Of a stretch of 20,000 bases of DNA, positions 8,681 to 17,674 are shown piece after piece. Both the position numbers and the translations under genes were made by a program. The notes beneath the pieces were generated by a model. That model was not told the origin of the DNA and did no database searches. It saw only the letters and a program-made list of their open reading frames with translations. How positions within the stretch are numbered: position 1 is the stretch's first letter; each line of letters opens with the position of its first letter. The stretch lies in the IMG/VR virus record IMGVR_UViG_3300046359_000084. One strand, given 5' to 3'. Source of the stretch: an uncultured virus (IMG/VR IMGVR_UViG_3300046359_000084). Lineage: Duplodnaviria > Heunggongvirae > Uroviricota > Caudoviricetes > Schitoviridae.

Positions 8681-10693
8681 ATGACAGAAGCTACAGAATT
8701 TTGGTATATTAAATGTAAAACAGATACTCTGAGATCTGTAAATGATAGTACGCCTATAGTTAATAGTACAGTAGGTGATAATGTTTATCCTACTACATTA
8801 ACTCAACGGCAAACTATTGAAGCTATTGGTACATTAGTTGGTAATAAAACTGTTGCTTTATGTAGGTCAGCAGATCTTGCTGAAGCTTATAGTAGTGCGT
8901 TACCTCCACCAAAAAGTACAGTATTAAAAGTATCAGCCGCATTAAAAAATGCTTTATTACCTTATTTAGATGATGCTGAAGAAGCTACTGCTTCAGCAAC
9001 TAATATTATTAGCGGTACTGGTAATGGTACTCCAAACCAACAACATATGCACCCTTCACTATTTAATGTTTATATAGCAGGAGACAGTATTGATTATGGT
9101 GTAGGAATTAAAACACCTACATCTACAGAAATTTATACGCTTAATTTTGATGGTATGGAGGAATTTCATTATTCAAGATTAGCTATAGAAGCTGTTGATA
9201 CAAATGTAAGATCAGAATCTTATTTTAATTCTAAAGAACCAGTGAGTCCTGAAGGTGATAGACTGTTTCTTGGTGATAAAATAGCAGTACATAAAATCGC
9301 TGTTGGTGGTGCAAGTTATGCAAATACTGTAGGTACAGAAGATCAAGTAGATTTTATCCATGTCTTTAATTTAAAATACAATCAGATATACAAGACTATG
9401 AATCTAAATACTAATAGTGCTATCTTAATAGGCTTTGGTACAAATGATACTGCTTATGATACATCACTAACTGCCCAAGAGTTATTTGATATAGAAAAAG
9501 ATGCTATATTAAAATTTAAAGAAGATCACCCGAATACAAAAATTATTGCAGTAACTGATATAAGACGAACAGATGATACTACTTTGAACCAACGAATACA
9601 TGATTTTAATCAAAAAAGAAGAGATCCTGCAACAGGTTGTTTAAGTTATGGTGTAGATTATCTTTGTGATTTTGCTGATCCTAGTAAAACACACGCTAAC
9701 TTTCACCCACTAACAGGTACAATTACTACTGGTGCTAATGGGTTATTCGCTGATGGCGATGTAGTTCACCCTAGTAAGTTAGGACATTATTATTTAAGTA
9801 AACCTTTAATACCTATACTTAGTGATTTATTAGGTGTACAAAGTGTTACATTAAAACGAGTACATATAACAAATAATATTGTACGAGAACATAGTTCTAT
9901 AGGTACGGTTGTTGGCACATTGTTTAATTTTCAAGATGGTTCAATAGTATCTCTTGTTAATGGTGCTGGCGGTAGATTTTCTCTATCTGGTAATAATATT
10001 TTAGTTAATGCTGATATAGATTTTAGTGAAGGGTACAAACATAATATTACTATCAGAGAAACATTAGCTTCTGTTAGTAATAGTCCAAAAGATACTGTTA
10101 TTAATATTTTAATTGGGAATCTTGCTCCTGTGTACCCAATAGCAAGATTCCCATTAGATCCAGCTTTATCAGCTACAGCTGCTGGCAGACCTCAAATTAC
10201 TGGATCTCCTTTTACTGGTTCAGTATTGACTGCTGATAATGGTACATGGTTTCATACTGTAGATTCTTACGTTGTACAATGGAAACGTGATGGTGTTAAT
10301 TTTACAGGTACAACAACATATACATATTTACTTACACCAACAGATGTAGGTTGTGAATTTACATTTGAAGTGGTAGCTATTAATAGTAATGGTTCAACTA
10401 CAAATGTTTCATTAGGTTTAATGATTGGACCTGTGTTAGATGTACCAACTGTTAGTGGTGAAAATGTAAGTTTATTATGGGCATTATACAATGACACTGG
10501 TGTAACTAATTATATTATTGAATATAAATTAGCAGCTGCTGATGATTGGATTGTATTTAATGATGGCGTATCTACAGTTAAATCAACTACAGTAACTGGA
10601 CTTACAACAGGTACATATAATTTTAGAGTTAAAGCTGTTAAAGGTAATAAAACGTCAACAGCATCAAATATACAAAATGCAATAGTTAATTAG
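8681..10693 (+). CDS. SGNH/GDSL esterase with cadherin-like, Ig-like and FN3 domains
   Basis: SGNH blocks IAGDS, AVGG, GFGTND and DVVHP are all intact. Cadherin-like VREHSSIGTVVGTL...FSLSGNNI..IDF. Ig-like PQITG...GSVLTADNGTW...QWKRDG. FN3 TVTGLTTGTYNFRVKAV. Confidence 0.85.
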   Translation: MTEATEFWYIKCKTDTLRSVNDSTPIVNSTVGDNVYPTTLTQRQTIEAIGTLVGNKTVALCRSADLAEAYSSALPPPKSTVLKVSAALKNALLPYLDDAEEATASATNIISGTGNGTPNQQHMHPSLFNVYIAGDSIDYGVGIKTPTSTEIYTLNFDGMEEFHYSRLAIEAVDTNVRSESYFNSKEPVSPEGDRLFLGDKIAVHKIAVGGASYANTVGTEDQVDFIHVFNLKYNQIYKTMNLNTNSAILIGFGTNDTAYDTSLTAQELFDIEKDAILKFKEDHPNTKIIAVTDIRRTDDTTLNQRIHDFNQKRRDPATGCLSYGVDYLCDFADPSKTHANFHPLTGTITTGANGLFADGDVVHPSKLGHYYLSKPLIPILSDLLGVQSVTLKRVHITNNIVREHSSIGTVVGTLFNFQDGSIVSLVNGAGGRFSLSGNNILVNADIDFSEGYKHNITIRETLASVSNSPKDTVINILIGNLAPVYPIARFPLDPALSATAAGRPQITGSPFTGSVLTADNGTWFHTVDSYVVQWKRDGVNFTGTTTYTYLLTPTDVGCEFTFEVVAINSNGSTTNVSLGLMIGPVLDVPTVSGENVSLLWALYNDTGVTNYIIEYKLAAADDWIVFNDGVSTVKSTTVTGLTTGTYNFRVKAVKGNKTSTASNIQNAIVN

Positions 10694-10702
10694 AGGTAAA
10701 TT

Positions 10703-11125
10703 ATGTCAACACAACAATCTATATATGAAGTAGCATTAAAAGAACGTAATGTAGCAGAAGTTATTGGTTTAGTTAATAATCCTAAAATTGTTGAGTACCA
10801 CTCTGCTACAACACTTAAAGCTAAAGATGATGAAACTTCATGGTGTAGTTCATTTGTTAATTGGTGCTGTAAACAAGTAAATGTTAAAGGTACTGGTTCA
10901 GCAGCTGCAAGATCATGGTTAAATTGGGGTAAAGAAGTTAAAGTTCTTTACCTTGGTTGTATTGTTGTATTAAAGCGTGGTAATTCAGTATGGCAAGGTC
11001 ATGTTGGATTTTATGCTGGCAAACAACGAGATACACATATATTAGTATATGGTGGAAACCAAAAAAATAAAGTATGTTATCTTTGGTTAAAGAAAGATAA
11101 TGTACTTGGTTATAGAGAAGTTTAA
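10703..11125 (+). CDS. TIGR02594-family (NlpC/P60/CHAP-like) peptidoglycan hydrolase, probable endolysin
   Basis: DDETSWCSSFVNWC (catalytic Cys), AARSWLNWG, GHVGF (catalytic His) and GGNQ. GAGG RBS. Sits in the lysis position. Confidence 0.88.
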   Translation: MSTQQSIYEVALKERNVAEVIGLVNNPKIVEYHSATTLKAKDDETSWCSSFVNWCCKQVNVKGTGSAAARSWLNWGKEVKVLYLGCIVVLKRGNSVWQGHVGFYAGKQRDTHILVYGGNQKNKVCYLWLKKDNVLGYREV

Positions 11126-11157
11126 ATACTATATCAAATTCAAGTAAGGACAATAAA

Positions 11158-11508
11158 TTGAATAAACAACCTATATCAGTATCTTTTTATCAACACTTGT
11201 GTGATATTACATTTTATATACAAACACACTATCAGTATTATTCAGGAGCAGTCATTGGAATGTTGTTAGATAATAAAAGATGGGAAAAATACGGTTTTTT
11301 AAAATATGTCTTTGTTAGTATTATTGTCGCTCATCTTACAGAAATTATTTTAAAAGATAATGGTACAAGTCTACATATTAGTATTTTAATTTGTACAGTA
11401 GTTGGTTTAGTAGGACATGCTACATTAAGATACACAACAGATGAAGCATTACCAAAAGTGTTAAAAGCAATTACTGATAGAATACTAGATAAGATTAATA
11501 AAAAATAA
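11158..11508 (+). CDS. probable holin
   Basis: TTG start with AAGGA RBS. Two to three hydrophobic segments (SGAVIGMLL, FLKYVFVSIIVAHL, ISILICTVVGLVG), basic C-terminus, adjacent to the endolysin. Confidence 0.65.
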   Translation: MNKQPISVSFYQHLCDITFYIQTHYQYYSGAVIGMLLDNKRWEKYGFLKYVFVSIIVAHLTEIILKDNGTSLHISILICTVVGLVGHATLRYTTDEALPKVLKAITDRILDKINKK

Positions 11509-11568
11509 TTATATATTTTTTATAAATTTACTGTATGATTAATTAAAATTAAAAGATAGGTTCATAGA

Positions 11569-12294
11569 ATGTTAAATCCTTATGCTAATGTTAATACATT
11601 ATTAAATGATCAGTTTAATAAATCATACGAAGTTGTAAAAACTGTGTATGATAATTTATCTGTTTTAATTTCAGTTAATAATAGAATTACTGTAATTAAT
11701 GATAATACTGTATTAAGAGCATTTACTTCTAGCTATAATGGACAAGTTATATTCTTAGCAGGTGTAAAAAATATAGAGTATAAGGTAGATTATAGTGATT
11801 CAGCATCACTTGATAATGGAGATACAGTCATTATTGGTGCTGATGGTAAACGATGGAAAAAAATTTTAGTTAAATTTACAGATATAGAAAATGTTGAAAA
11901 TAATGTTGGTTTTGTGCCTGAATTAAAAGGTACTGATGCAGTAGGTACAGCTACTTATACAAGAGCATTTGGTACATATAGCAGATTAAATAGTTTTGTT
12001 ACTGGTTCATTAGTGTTAGATTGGGATTTCTTTACAGGAGATGGTGATGCACAAATTCATGGATTACCTTATGTAGCACAAAGTTCCTCTAGTGATTTAA
12101 GATATGGTTGTAGTGTTGCTACTTATGATAGTTTATCGTTACCTCCTGGTAAAGTTTTAAGTGGTTATATTAAAGATAGTGAAGATTTTATACGTCTTAC
12201 CGCTGTAGATAATATAGCAGCAGTACACGTTCAATGTGCTAGTCAAGCAAGTGGTTCAGGTAAAATTTGGATTTCATTTACATACCAAGTTTAA
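11569..12294 (+). CDS. short N4 gp66-like tail appendage/fibre protein
   Basis: N-terminus LLNDQFNKSYEVVKTVYDNL resembles the N4-like appendage anchor. DSASLDNGDTVIIGADGKRWK is a tailspike N-terminal-type domain motif. FVPELKG...GTYSRLNSFV...IHGLPY is a common fibre C-terminal domain. Confidence 0.7.
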   Translation: MLNPYANVNTLLNDQFNKSYEVVKTVYDNLSVLISVNNRITVINDNTVLRAFTSSYNGQVIFLAGVKNIEYKVDYSDSASLDNGDTVIIGADGKRWKKILVKFTDIENVENNVGFVPELKGTDAVGTATYTRAFGTYSRLNSFVTGSLVLDWDFFTGDGDAQIHGLPYVAQSSSSDLRYGCSVATYDSLSLPPGKVLSGYIKDSEDFIRLTAVDNIAAVHVQCASQASGSGKIWISFTYQV

Positions 12295-12318
12295 AAATAA
12301 AAAAGGAATACATATATA

Positions 12319-14460
12319 ATGGTTGATGTGAAACAAAAGTTTACAAGTTGGAAACAAGAACCTTCTTTATTAGATTTAAAACAAGATTATAATAATTGCT
12401 TAAATAACCATAAACAGTTTGTTTCTATGATCCAAAAATGGGAAGATTTAAAGAATGTTGTAGGACAATATAAACCTACTAAAAGACAAGGTAAATCTTC
12501 TCTTCAACCTAAGACTATTCAGAAACAATTTGAATGGAGGTATCCTAGTTTAACTGAACCATTTTTAAATACACCTAATTTATTTAAAGCATTACCAATT
12601 ACATTTGAAGATGTTAAAGGTGCAAGACATAATGAATTAGTTTTAAATTGGCAATTCAATACAAAGATTAATAAAGTAAAATATTTTGATCAATTTGTAA
12701 GACGTAATGTTGATCAAGGAATATGTATTAAACAGGTTTGTTGGATCAGAGAAACTAAAGAAGTAGAAGTTGATGTACCTATCTATAGTTACACTGAAAT
12801 TGAAGATGAAGAAGCATTTAATCAGATCCAAGAACTAATACAGTTAAAAAATATTAATCCTAATGAGTTTAGTAATGTAGATCCTTTGTTACAAGAAAGT
12901 GTAAAATATTTTGAAGAAAATAATATTATCACTCAAGTTGTTATTGTTGATTATACAAAAGAAAAACAAGAAAAGATTATTAAGAACCAACCTGATATAA
13001 AGATTCATCACCCTAAGAATGTTTATTTTGATCCTTCTTGTGGAGGAGATTTTGAAAAGAGTAATTTTATAATTGTATCTTATGAAACATCTTTAGCAGA
13101 ATTAAAGAAAAAAGGTATTTATCAAAACTTAGAAAGCATTAATATTAGTAATGATGTCTTATCTGATACAGACCATAAATCAACAAATACAGATCAGAAC
13201 TTTAATTTTAAAGATAAAAGTAGAAGTAGATTAGTTGCTTATGAGTATTGGGGTAATTATGATATTAATGATTATGGTTATTTAGTACCTATTGTTGCTA
13301 CTTGGGTTGGAGAAACATTAATCCGCTTAGAAGAAAATCCATATCCAGAAGGAATGAATCCTTTTGTCATTACACAATATAGACCAATTCTTGATTCTAT
13401 TTATGGTGAATCAGATGCTGAGTTACTAGAAGATACACAGAAAACTATTGGTGCTTTAACAAGAGGTATTGTTGATACATTTGCTTCTGCATCAAATGGT
13501 CAAGTAGGTATTGCTCAAGGATTTATTGATGTACAAAATAAATTAAGAAAAAACCAAGGATTAGATTATGAGTTTACTGCTAATAGTATTCCTCAACAAG
13601 CTATCTATGAACATAAGTTTCCTGAAGTAAGTCAGAGTACAATAATATTTTTACAACAACAGAACCAAGAAGCTGAATCATTAACTGGTAAAAGTTCTTT
13701 TAATCAAGGTATTAATGGTAATGCTTTAGGTGATGTAGCTGCTGGTATTAAAGGTACATTGAAAGCTACTACTGAAAGAGAATCTGCTATATTAAGAAGG
13801 TTGGTTCAAGGTACAATAGAAGTTGCTAGAAAGATTACTATTCTTAATGCTGTATATTTATCAGAAAAAGAAGTTATTAGATTAACAAATGATTCTGAAT
13901 TTGTAACAGTTAGAAGAGAAGATCTTGTTGGTGAATTTGATATTGATATTAAAATTGCTGTACCAGAAATTAATGAAAAGAAAGCTAATGATTTAGCATT
14001 TATGTTACAAACAATAGGACCTAGTTTATTACAAACTATCGGACCTGAGGCTGGTATAGAGTTTAATAAATTAATACTAGGTGAGATTGCTTATCTTAAA
14101 CAAATGCCTGAATTAGAACAAAAGATTAAAGCATTTACATTACCACCTAAAGAACCAAGTCCAGAAGAACAACAAATGATGCAATTAGAACTTCAAATGA
14201 AACAGTTAGAAATAGCTAAGTTACAGTCTGAAGTTGCTGTTAATGAAGCTAAAGTTAAAGAATTAAATGCTAAAGCTGATGCTGTATCTATTGATAATGA
14301 AGAAACTTATACAGGTGTTAAACATAATAAAGAAGTTGTTAAACAACAAGCACAAGCTAAAGGTAATCAGAGTTTAGAGATCACTAAAGGATTAATGAAT
14401 AAAGATATTGATGGTAAAGATCTTGCTGCTGCAATACAATATAATGAAACTACAGAGTAA
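12319..14460 (+). CDS. portal protein (N4 gp59-like)
   Basis: WKQEPSLLDLKQD, QFEWRYPSLTEPF, VLNWQFNTKINKV, AYEYWG, IRLEENPYP and YGESDAELL. Gln-rich coiled-coil C-terminus. Confidence 0.95.
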   Translation: MVDVKQKFTSWKQEPSLLDLKQDYNNCLNNHKQFVSMIQKWEDLKNVVGQYKPTKRQGKSSLQPKTIQKQFEWRYPSLTEPFLNTPNLFKALPITFEDVKGARHNELVLNWQFNTKINKVKYFDQFVRRNVDQGICIKQVCWIRETKEVEVDVPIYSYTEIEDEEAFNQIQELIQLKNINPNEFSNVDPLLQESVKYFEENNIITQVVIVDYTKEKQEKIIKNQPDIKIHHPKNVYFDPSCGGDFEKSNFIIVSYETSLAELKKKGIYQNLESINISNDVLSDTDHKSTNTDQNFNFKDKSRSRLVAYEYWGNYDINDYGYLVPIVATWVGETLIRLEENPYPEGMNPFVITQYRPILDSIYGESDAELLEDTQKTIGALTRGIVDTFASASNGQVGIAQGFIDVQNKLRKNQGLDYEFTANSIPQQAIYEHKFPEVSQSTIIFLQQQNQEAESLTGKSSFNQGINGNALGDVAAGIKGTLKATTERESAILRRLVQGTIEVARKITILNAVYLSEKEVIRLTNDSEFVTVRREDLVGEFDIDIKIAVPEINEKKANDLAFMLQTIGPSLLQTIGPEAGIEFNKLILGEIAYLKQMPELEQKIKAFTLPPKEPSPEEQQMMQLELQMKQLEIAKLQSEVAVNEAKVKELNAKADAVSIDNEETYTGVKHNKEVVKQQAQAKGNQSLEITKGLMNKDIDGKDLAAAIQYNETTE

Positions 14461-14465
14461 TATTT

Positions 14466-14789
14466 ATGTTAAAAGAGTTACAACAATCTTTAATAAATAA
14501 AGAAAAAGATTTACAAATAGTAAATAGTTTAATATCATTAAAGAGTAATAAAGATTATCAGACAATTTTTGATAATTATTTATTTAAAGATAAGGTACTT
14601 GAAATAACATCTAAGTTGAGATTTGGTTCAGAAATTGAGAATGGTATTTATTTAAAACAATTAGAATCATTAACTGAATTGAAATTGTTAATTAATGGTA
14701 TGAGTACAAAACGTGAAGCAATACAACAGGATATTATAGAGATTAGAGATATGATTAATAATTATATGTTTAATGATTCTAATGAATAA
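14466..14789 (+). CDS. small coiled-coil protein (N4 gp58-like by position)
   Basis: 107 aa, helical, LKSNKDYQTIF motif, located between portal and scaffold. Confidence 0.7.
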   Translation: MLKELQQSLINKEKDLQIVNSLISLKSNKDYQTIFDNYLFKDKVLEITSKLRFGSEIENGIYLKQLESLTELKLLINGMSTKREAIQQDIIEIRDMINNYMFNDSNE

Positions 14790-14803
14790 AAATAGGAAAA
14801 ATT

Positions 14804-15793
14804 ATGATTGATGAAGAAATTGAAAAAAAAGATATATTTGATAATAGTGAACTAGAAACTATTGAACCAGATATAACAACAGAAAAAACTACAGAAACAA
14901 TACTTGATACAGTTGTTGAACCAGAAACAGAAACTACTGATGATATTTCTACAGAAGAAGTAACTGAACCAGAGATTGATGAGTTTGATTACAAAACAGC
15001 TTATAAAAATTTATTAAAATTTAAAGCTGATGGACAAGATATTGAATTAAATGATGTTAATGAATTAGTTTCGCTGGCTCAAAAAGGTGTTAATTATACT
15101 CGTAAAACTAAAGAGATTTCTCAATATAATAAGTATATTAAAACTTTAAAAGATAATGAATTACTAGATGATGATAAGATTAACTTTTTAATAGATTTAC
15201 ATAAAGGCGATAAACAAGCTATCACTAAACATTTAAAAGAATTAAATGTAAATCCTGTAGAATTAGACACTGATTCTGAAACTACATATAAAAGCAAAAG
15301 TTATGTACCTGATGATGTTACAATACAAAAACAATCTTATGTAGAGAACTTGTATAGTGATCCAGATGGTAAAGCTGTTATTGATGATATAAATAATTGG
15401 GACGATATTAGTATTAATTCTATTGCAGAGAATGTTGCTCAATTAGCGGATTTAACACAACATAAGAAATTAGGGTATTACGATATAATTATTAAAGAAA
15501 TCCACAGACAGGAACTTTTAGGTAATTTGAGTAATATTCCATACCTAGATGCTTATGCGTCTATTGGTAAACAACTTGTAGAACAAGGTAAATTAGGTAA
15601 TGTAACTCCTAATCCTCAACCTCAAAAAGTTGTAGATGTAAAGAAAGCCGTAACTGATATAAAACTAAATCAAACAAACATTCAGAAATTATCTCCTTTA
15701 TCTGGTAAGACAACCAGTAAACAAGAGTTAGATCCTGGTTCAATGAATGATGAAGAATTTGTCAAATACATGAAAACTAAATATAAATTTTAA
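14804..15793 (+). CDS. N4 gp57-like protein (probable capsid scaffolding protein)
   Basis: Acidic E/T-rich N-terminus. Motifs FKADGQDI, QKGVNYTRK, NFLIDLHKGDKQAI and C-terminal SMNDEEF. Immediately upstream of the major capsid gene. Confidence 0.85.
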   Translation: MIDEEIEKKDIFDNSELETIEPDITTEKTTETILDTVVEPETETTDDISTEEVTEPEIDEFDYKTAYKNLLKFKADGQDIELNDVNELVSLAQKGVNYTRKTKEISQYNKYIKTLKDNELLDDDKINFLIDLHKGDKQAITKHLKELNVNPVELDTDSETTYKSKSYVPDDVTIQKQSYVENLYSDPDGKAVIDDINNWDDISINSIAENVAQLADLTQHKKLGYYDIIIKEIHRQELLGNLSNIPYLDAYASIGKQLVEQGKLGNVTPNPQPQKVVDVKKAVTDIKLNQTNIQKLSPLSGKTTSKQELDPGSMNDEEFVKYMKTKYKF

Positions 15794-15817
15794 ACATTTT
15801 AAATAAGGATACCTTTT

Positions 15818-17014
15818 ATGGTAATGTCGTATAATGCACCTCCAGGATCAGCTTCTGATATTGGTAGTCAACTAACTACTTATGAGATTGCTCGCCAAGC
15901 AATCTATGATAATAAACATATTATGGTTTTTTCACAGTTGTCAACAACTATGGAAATGCCTAAGAATAAAGGTAAAACAATTAAAGTACGTCAATATTAT
16001 CCATTACTTGACTCTCGTAACGTCAATGATGAAGGTATTAATGCCGCAGGTACTACTATTGCTAACGGTAACTTGATTGGTTCATCAAAAGATATTGGTG
16101 TTATTCCTTCTTTAATGCCTGTTCTTGATGAAGCTGGTGGACGTAAAAACCGAGTTGGTTTTACTCGTGCTGATGTTCAAGGTACAATTAGCCAATATGG
16201 TTTCTTTTTTGAATATACCAATGAGTCGCTACAATTTGATTCTGATCCAGAATTGTTAATGCACATTACTCGTGAAGCAACAAATGCTGCTATGGAATTA
16301 GAAGAGCATTTGATTCAATTAGATTTGATTGATGGTGCTGGTGTTGAATCTTACTGTGGTGGTGCAACATCTGTTGTTACTATGAGTGGTAACTTAGGAC
16401 AATCAGCAGATATTGTATCGGTAGCTAAACTTCTTGAAGTTAATAAAATTCTTGATAAAAACCGTTTGTCAAAGAATACAACTATTATTACTGGTACTCG
16501 TTTAGTAGATACTAAAACTGTTCAAGCTGCTCGTTATGCGTATATTGGACATGATTTAGAAAATACAATTCGTGGATTAGTTGATAGACACAATAGACCT
16601 GCATTTATTGGTGTAGAACAGTATGCTTCTGGTTCAACTGTAGCGAATGGTGAAATTGGTGCAGTAGGTCCATTTAGATTTATTGTTGTTCATCAAATGC
16701 TTGCTTATCCAAATAGAGGTGCTTTAGTTGGTACTTCTGGAACAGCCAATGCTGGATACAAAGCTAGCGGTACACGTTATGATGTTTTCCCAATTCTTAT
16801 TGTTGGTGGAGATTCATTTGTTACTATCGGTTTCCAGGATAATGGTAAATCAAGTAAGTTTGTTCATATCCATAAAAAACCTGGTATGGAAACAGCTGAT
16901 GTAAACAATCCTTATGGCTTAAAAGGATTCCATTCTATTCGTTGGTGGCACGGTACTGTTATTAAACGTCCTGAGTGGATTGCTGTAATACACACTCTTG
17001 CAGAAGATTTATAA
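15818..17014 (+). CDS. major capsid protein (N4 gp56-like)
   Basis: MPKNKGKTIKV, PLLDSRNVNDEGINA, GSSKDIG, GGRKNRVGFTR, GEIGAVGPFRFI, YDVFPIL and PYGLKGF..IRWW match the N4 capsid. AAGGA RBS. Confidence 0.97.
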   Translation: MVMSYNAPPGSASDIGSQLTTYEIARQAIYDNKHIMVFSQLSTTMEMPKNKGKTIKVRQYYPLLDSRNVNDEGINAAGTTIANGNLIGSSKDIGVIPSLMPVLDEAGGRKNRVGFTRADVQGTISQYGFFFEYTNESLQFDSDPELLMHITREATNAAMELEEHLIQLDLIDGAGVESYCGGATSVVTMSGNLGQSADIVSVAKLLEVNKILDKNRLSKNTTIITGTRLVDTKTVQAARYAYIGHDLENTIRGLVDRHNRPAFIGVEQYASGSTVANGEIGAVGPFRFIVVHQMLAYPNRGALVGTSGTANAGYKASGTRYDVFPILIVGGDSFVTIGFQDNGKSSKFVHIHKKPGMETADVNNPYGLKGFHSIRWWHGTVIKRPEWIAVIHTLAEDL

Positions 17015-17023
17015 TTAAATTAA

Positions 17024-17057
17024 TTATAAACCAAGGATTAATTACCTTGGTTTATAA
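17024..17057 (+). terminator. stem-loop after the major capsid gene (probable intrinsic terminator/mRNA stabiliser)
   Basis: Perfect 13-bp inverted repeat TTATAAACCAAGG / CCTTGGTTTATAA with an 8-nt loop (ATTAATTA). The U-tract is short. Confidence 0.7.
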
Positions 17058-17089
17058 AATATTAACATACTAACTTAATAGGTAAAAAT

Positions 17090-17671
17090 ATGACTGAAGA
17101 AGATACAATCGTTGATACTACACCAAGTGTACAAGAACAATTTGAAACAGCTAAACAATTAGCAAAACTATTTAAAATTAAACATTCCCCCAATATTGCT
17201 TTATCTACGTTACAAGAAAAAATTACTACATATCTTAAAGACACTCAAGGTCTTGGATCAGTAAAAGATAAAATACAAGAACTTGATACTGAAGATTTAA
17301 GTGGATTAACTAACTTTCAAAAATTGAATAGATTAGTTAGAGTTATTGTTTATAATTTAGATTCATCAGAGTCTTATAAAAAAGGTGATATATTTACATT
17401 CAATAATGATTGGGGTACGGTTACAAAGTTTGTACCTTACGGTGATCAATGTGGTGAAGGTTATCATATACCAAAAGTATTTTTACCAATGTTACTTAAT
17501 AAAAAAATGGCATTGTATGGTCATGTTAAAAAAGGTAACATAGACACTACTGAAAGACGACAAGCACCAAAGTATAATGTTGTAATATGTGAACCATTAA
17601 CACTACAACAATTACATGAATTAACACAAAGACAAATAGCTACTAGAGCTATTGATAACCTTGAGGATTAA
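17090..17671 (+). CDS. N4 gp55-like protein
   Basis: IKHSPNIALSTLQEKI, LVRVIVYNLD, GDIFTFNN..GTVTKFVPYG, GYHIP and PLTLQQLHEL. Conserved position after the capsid gene. Confidence 0.85.
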   Translation: MTEEDTIVDTTPSVQEQFETAKQLAKLFKIKHSPNIALSTLQEKITTYLKDTQGLGSVKDKIQELDTEDLSGLTNFQKLNRLVRVIVYNLDSSESYKKGDIFTFNNDWGTVTKFVPYGDQCGEGYHIPKVFLPMLLNKKMALYGHVKKGNIDTTERRQAPKYNVVICEPLTLQQLHELTQRQIATRAIDNLED

Positions 17672-17674
17672 ATT

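Noticed and set aside
11498..11523. Inverted repeat ATAAAAAATA/TATTTTTTAT after the holin
   Set aside because: An A/T-only stem is expected by chance at this composition and is too weak to call a terminator.
14804..15793. Tape measure protein (a frequent label for N4 gp57 homologues)
   Set aside because: The podovirus context, acidic N-terminus and position before the capsid gene fit a scaffold better.
2546..17244. Short antisense or alternate-frame ORFs (2546-2797, 5040-5315, 6718-7032, 10267-10497, 10938-11153, 12643-12831, 15882-16076, 17062-17244)
   Set aside because: They are shadows of well-supported genes, with no recognisable motifs.
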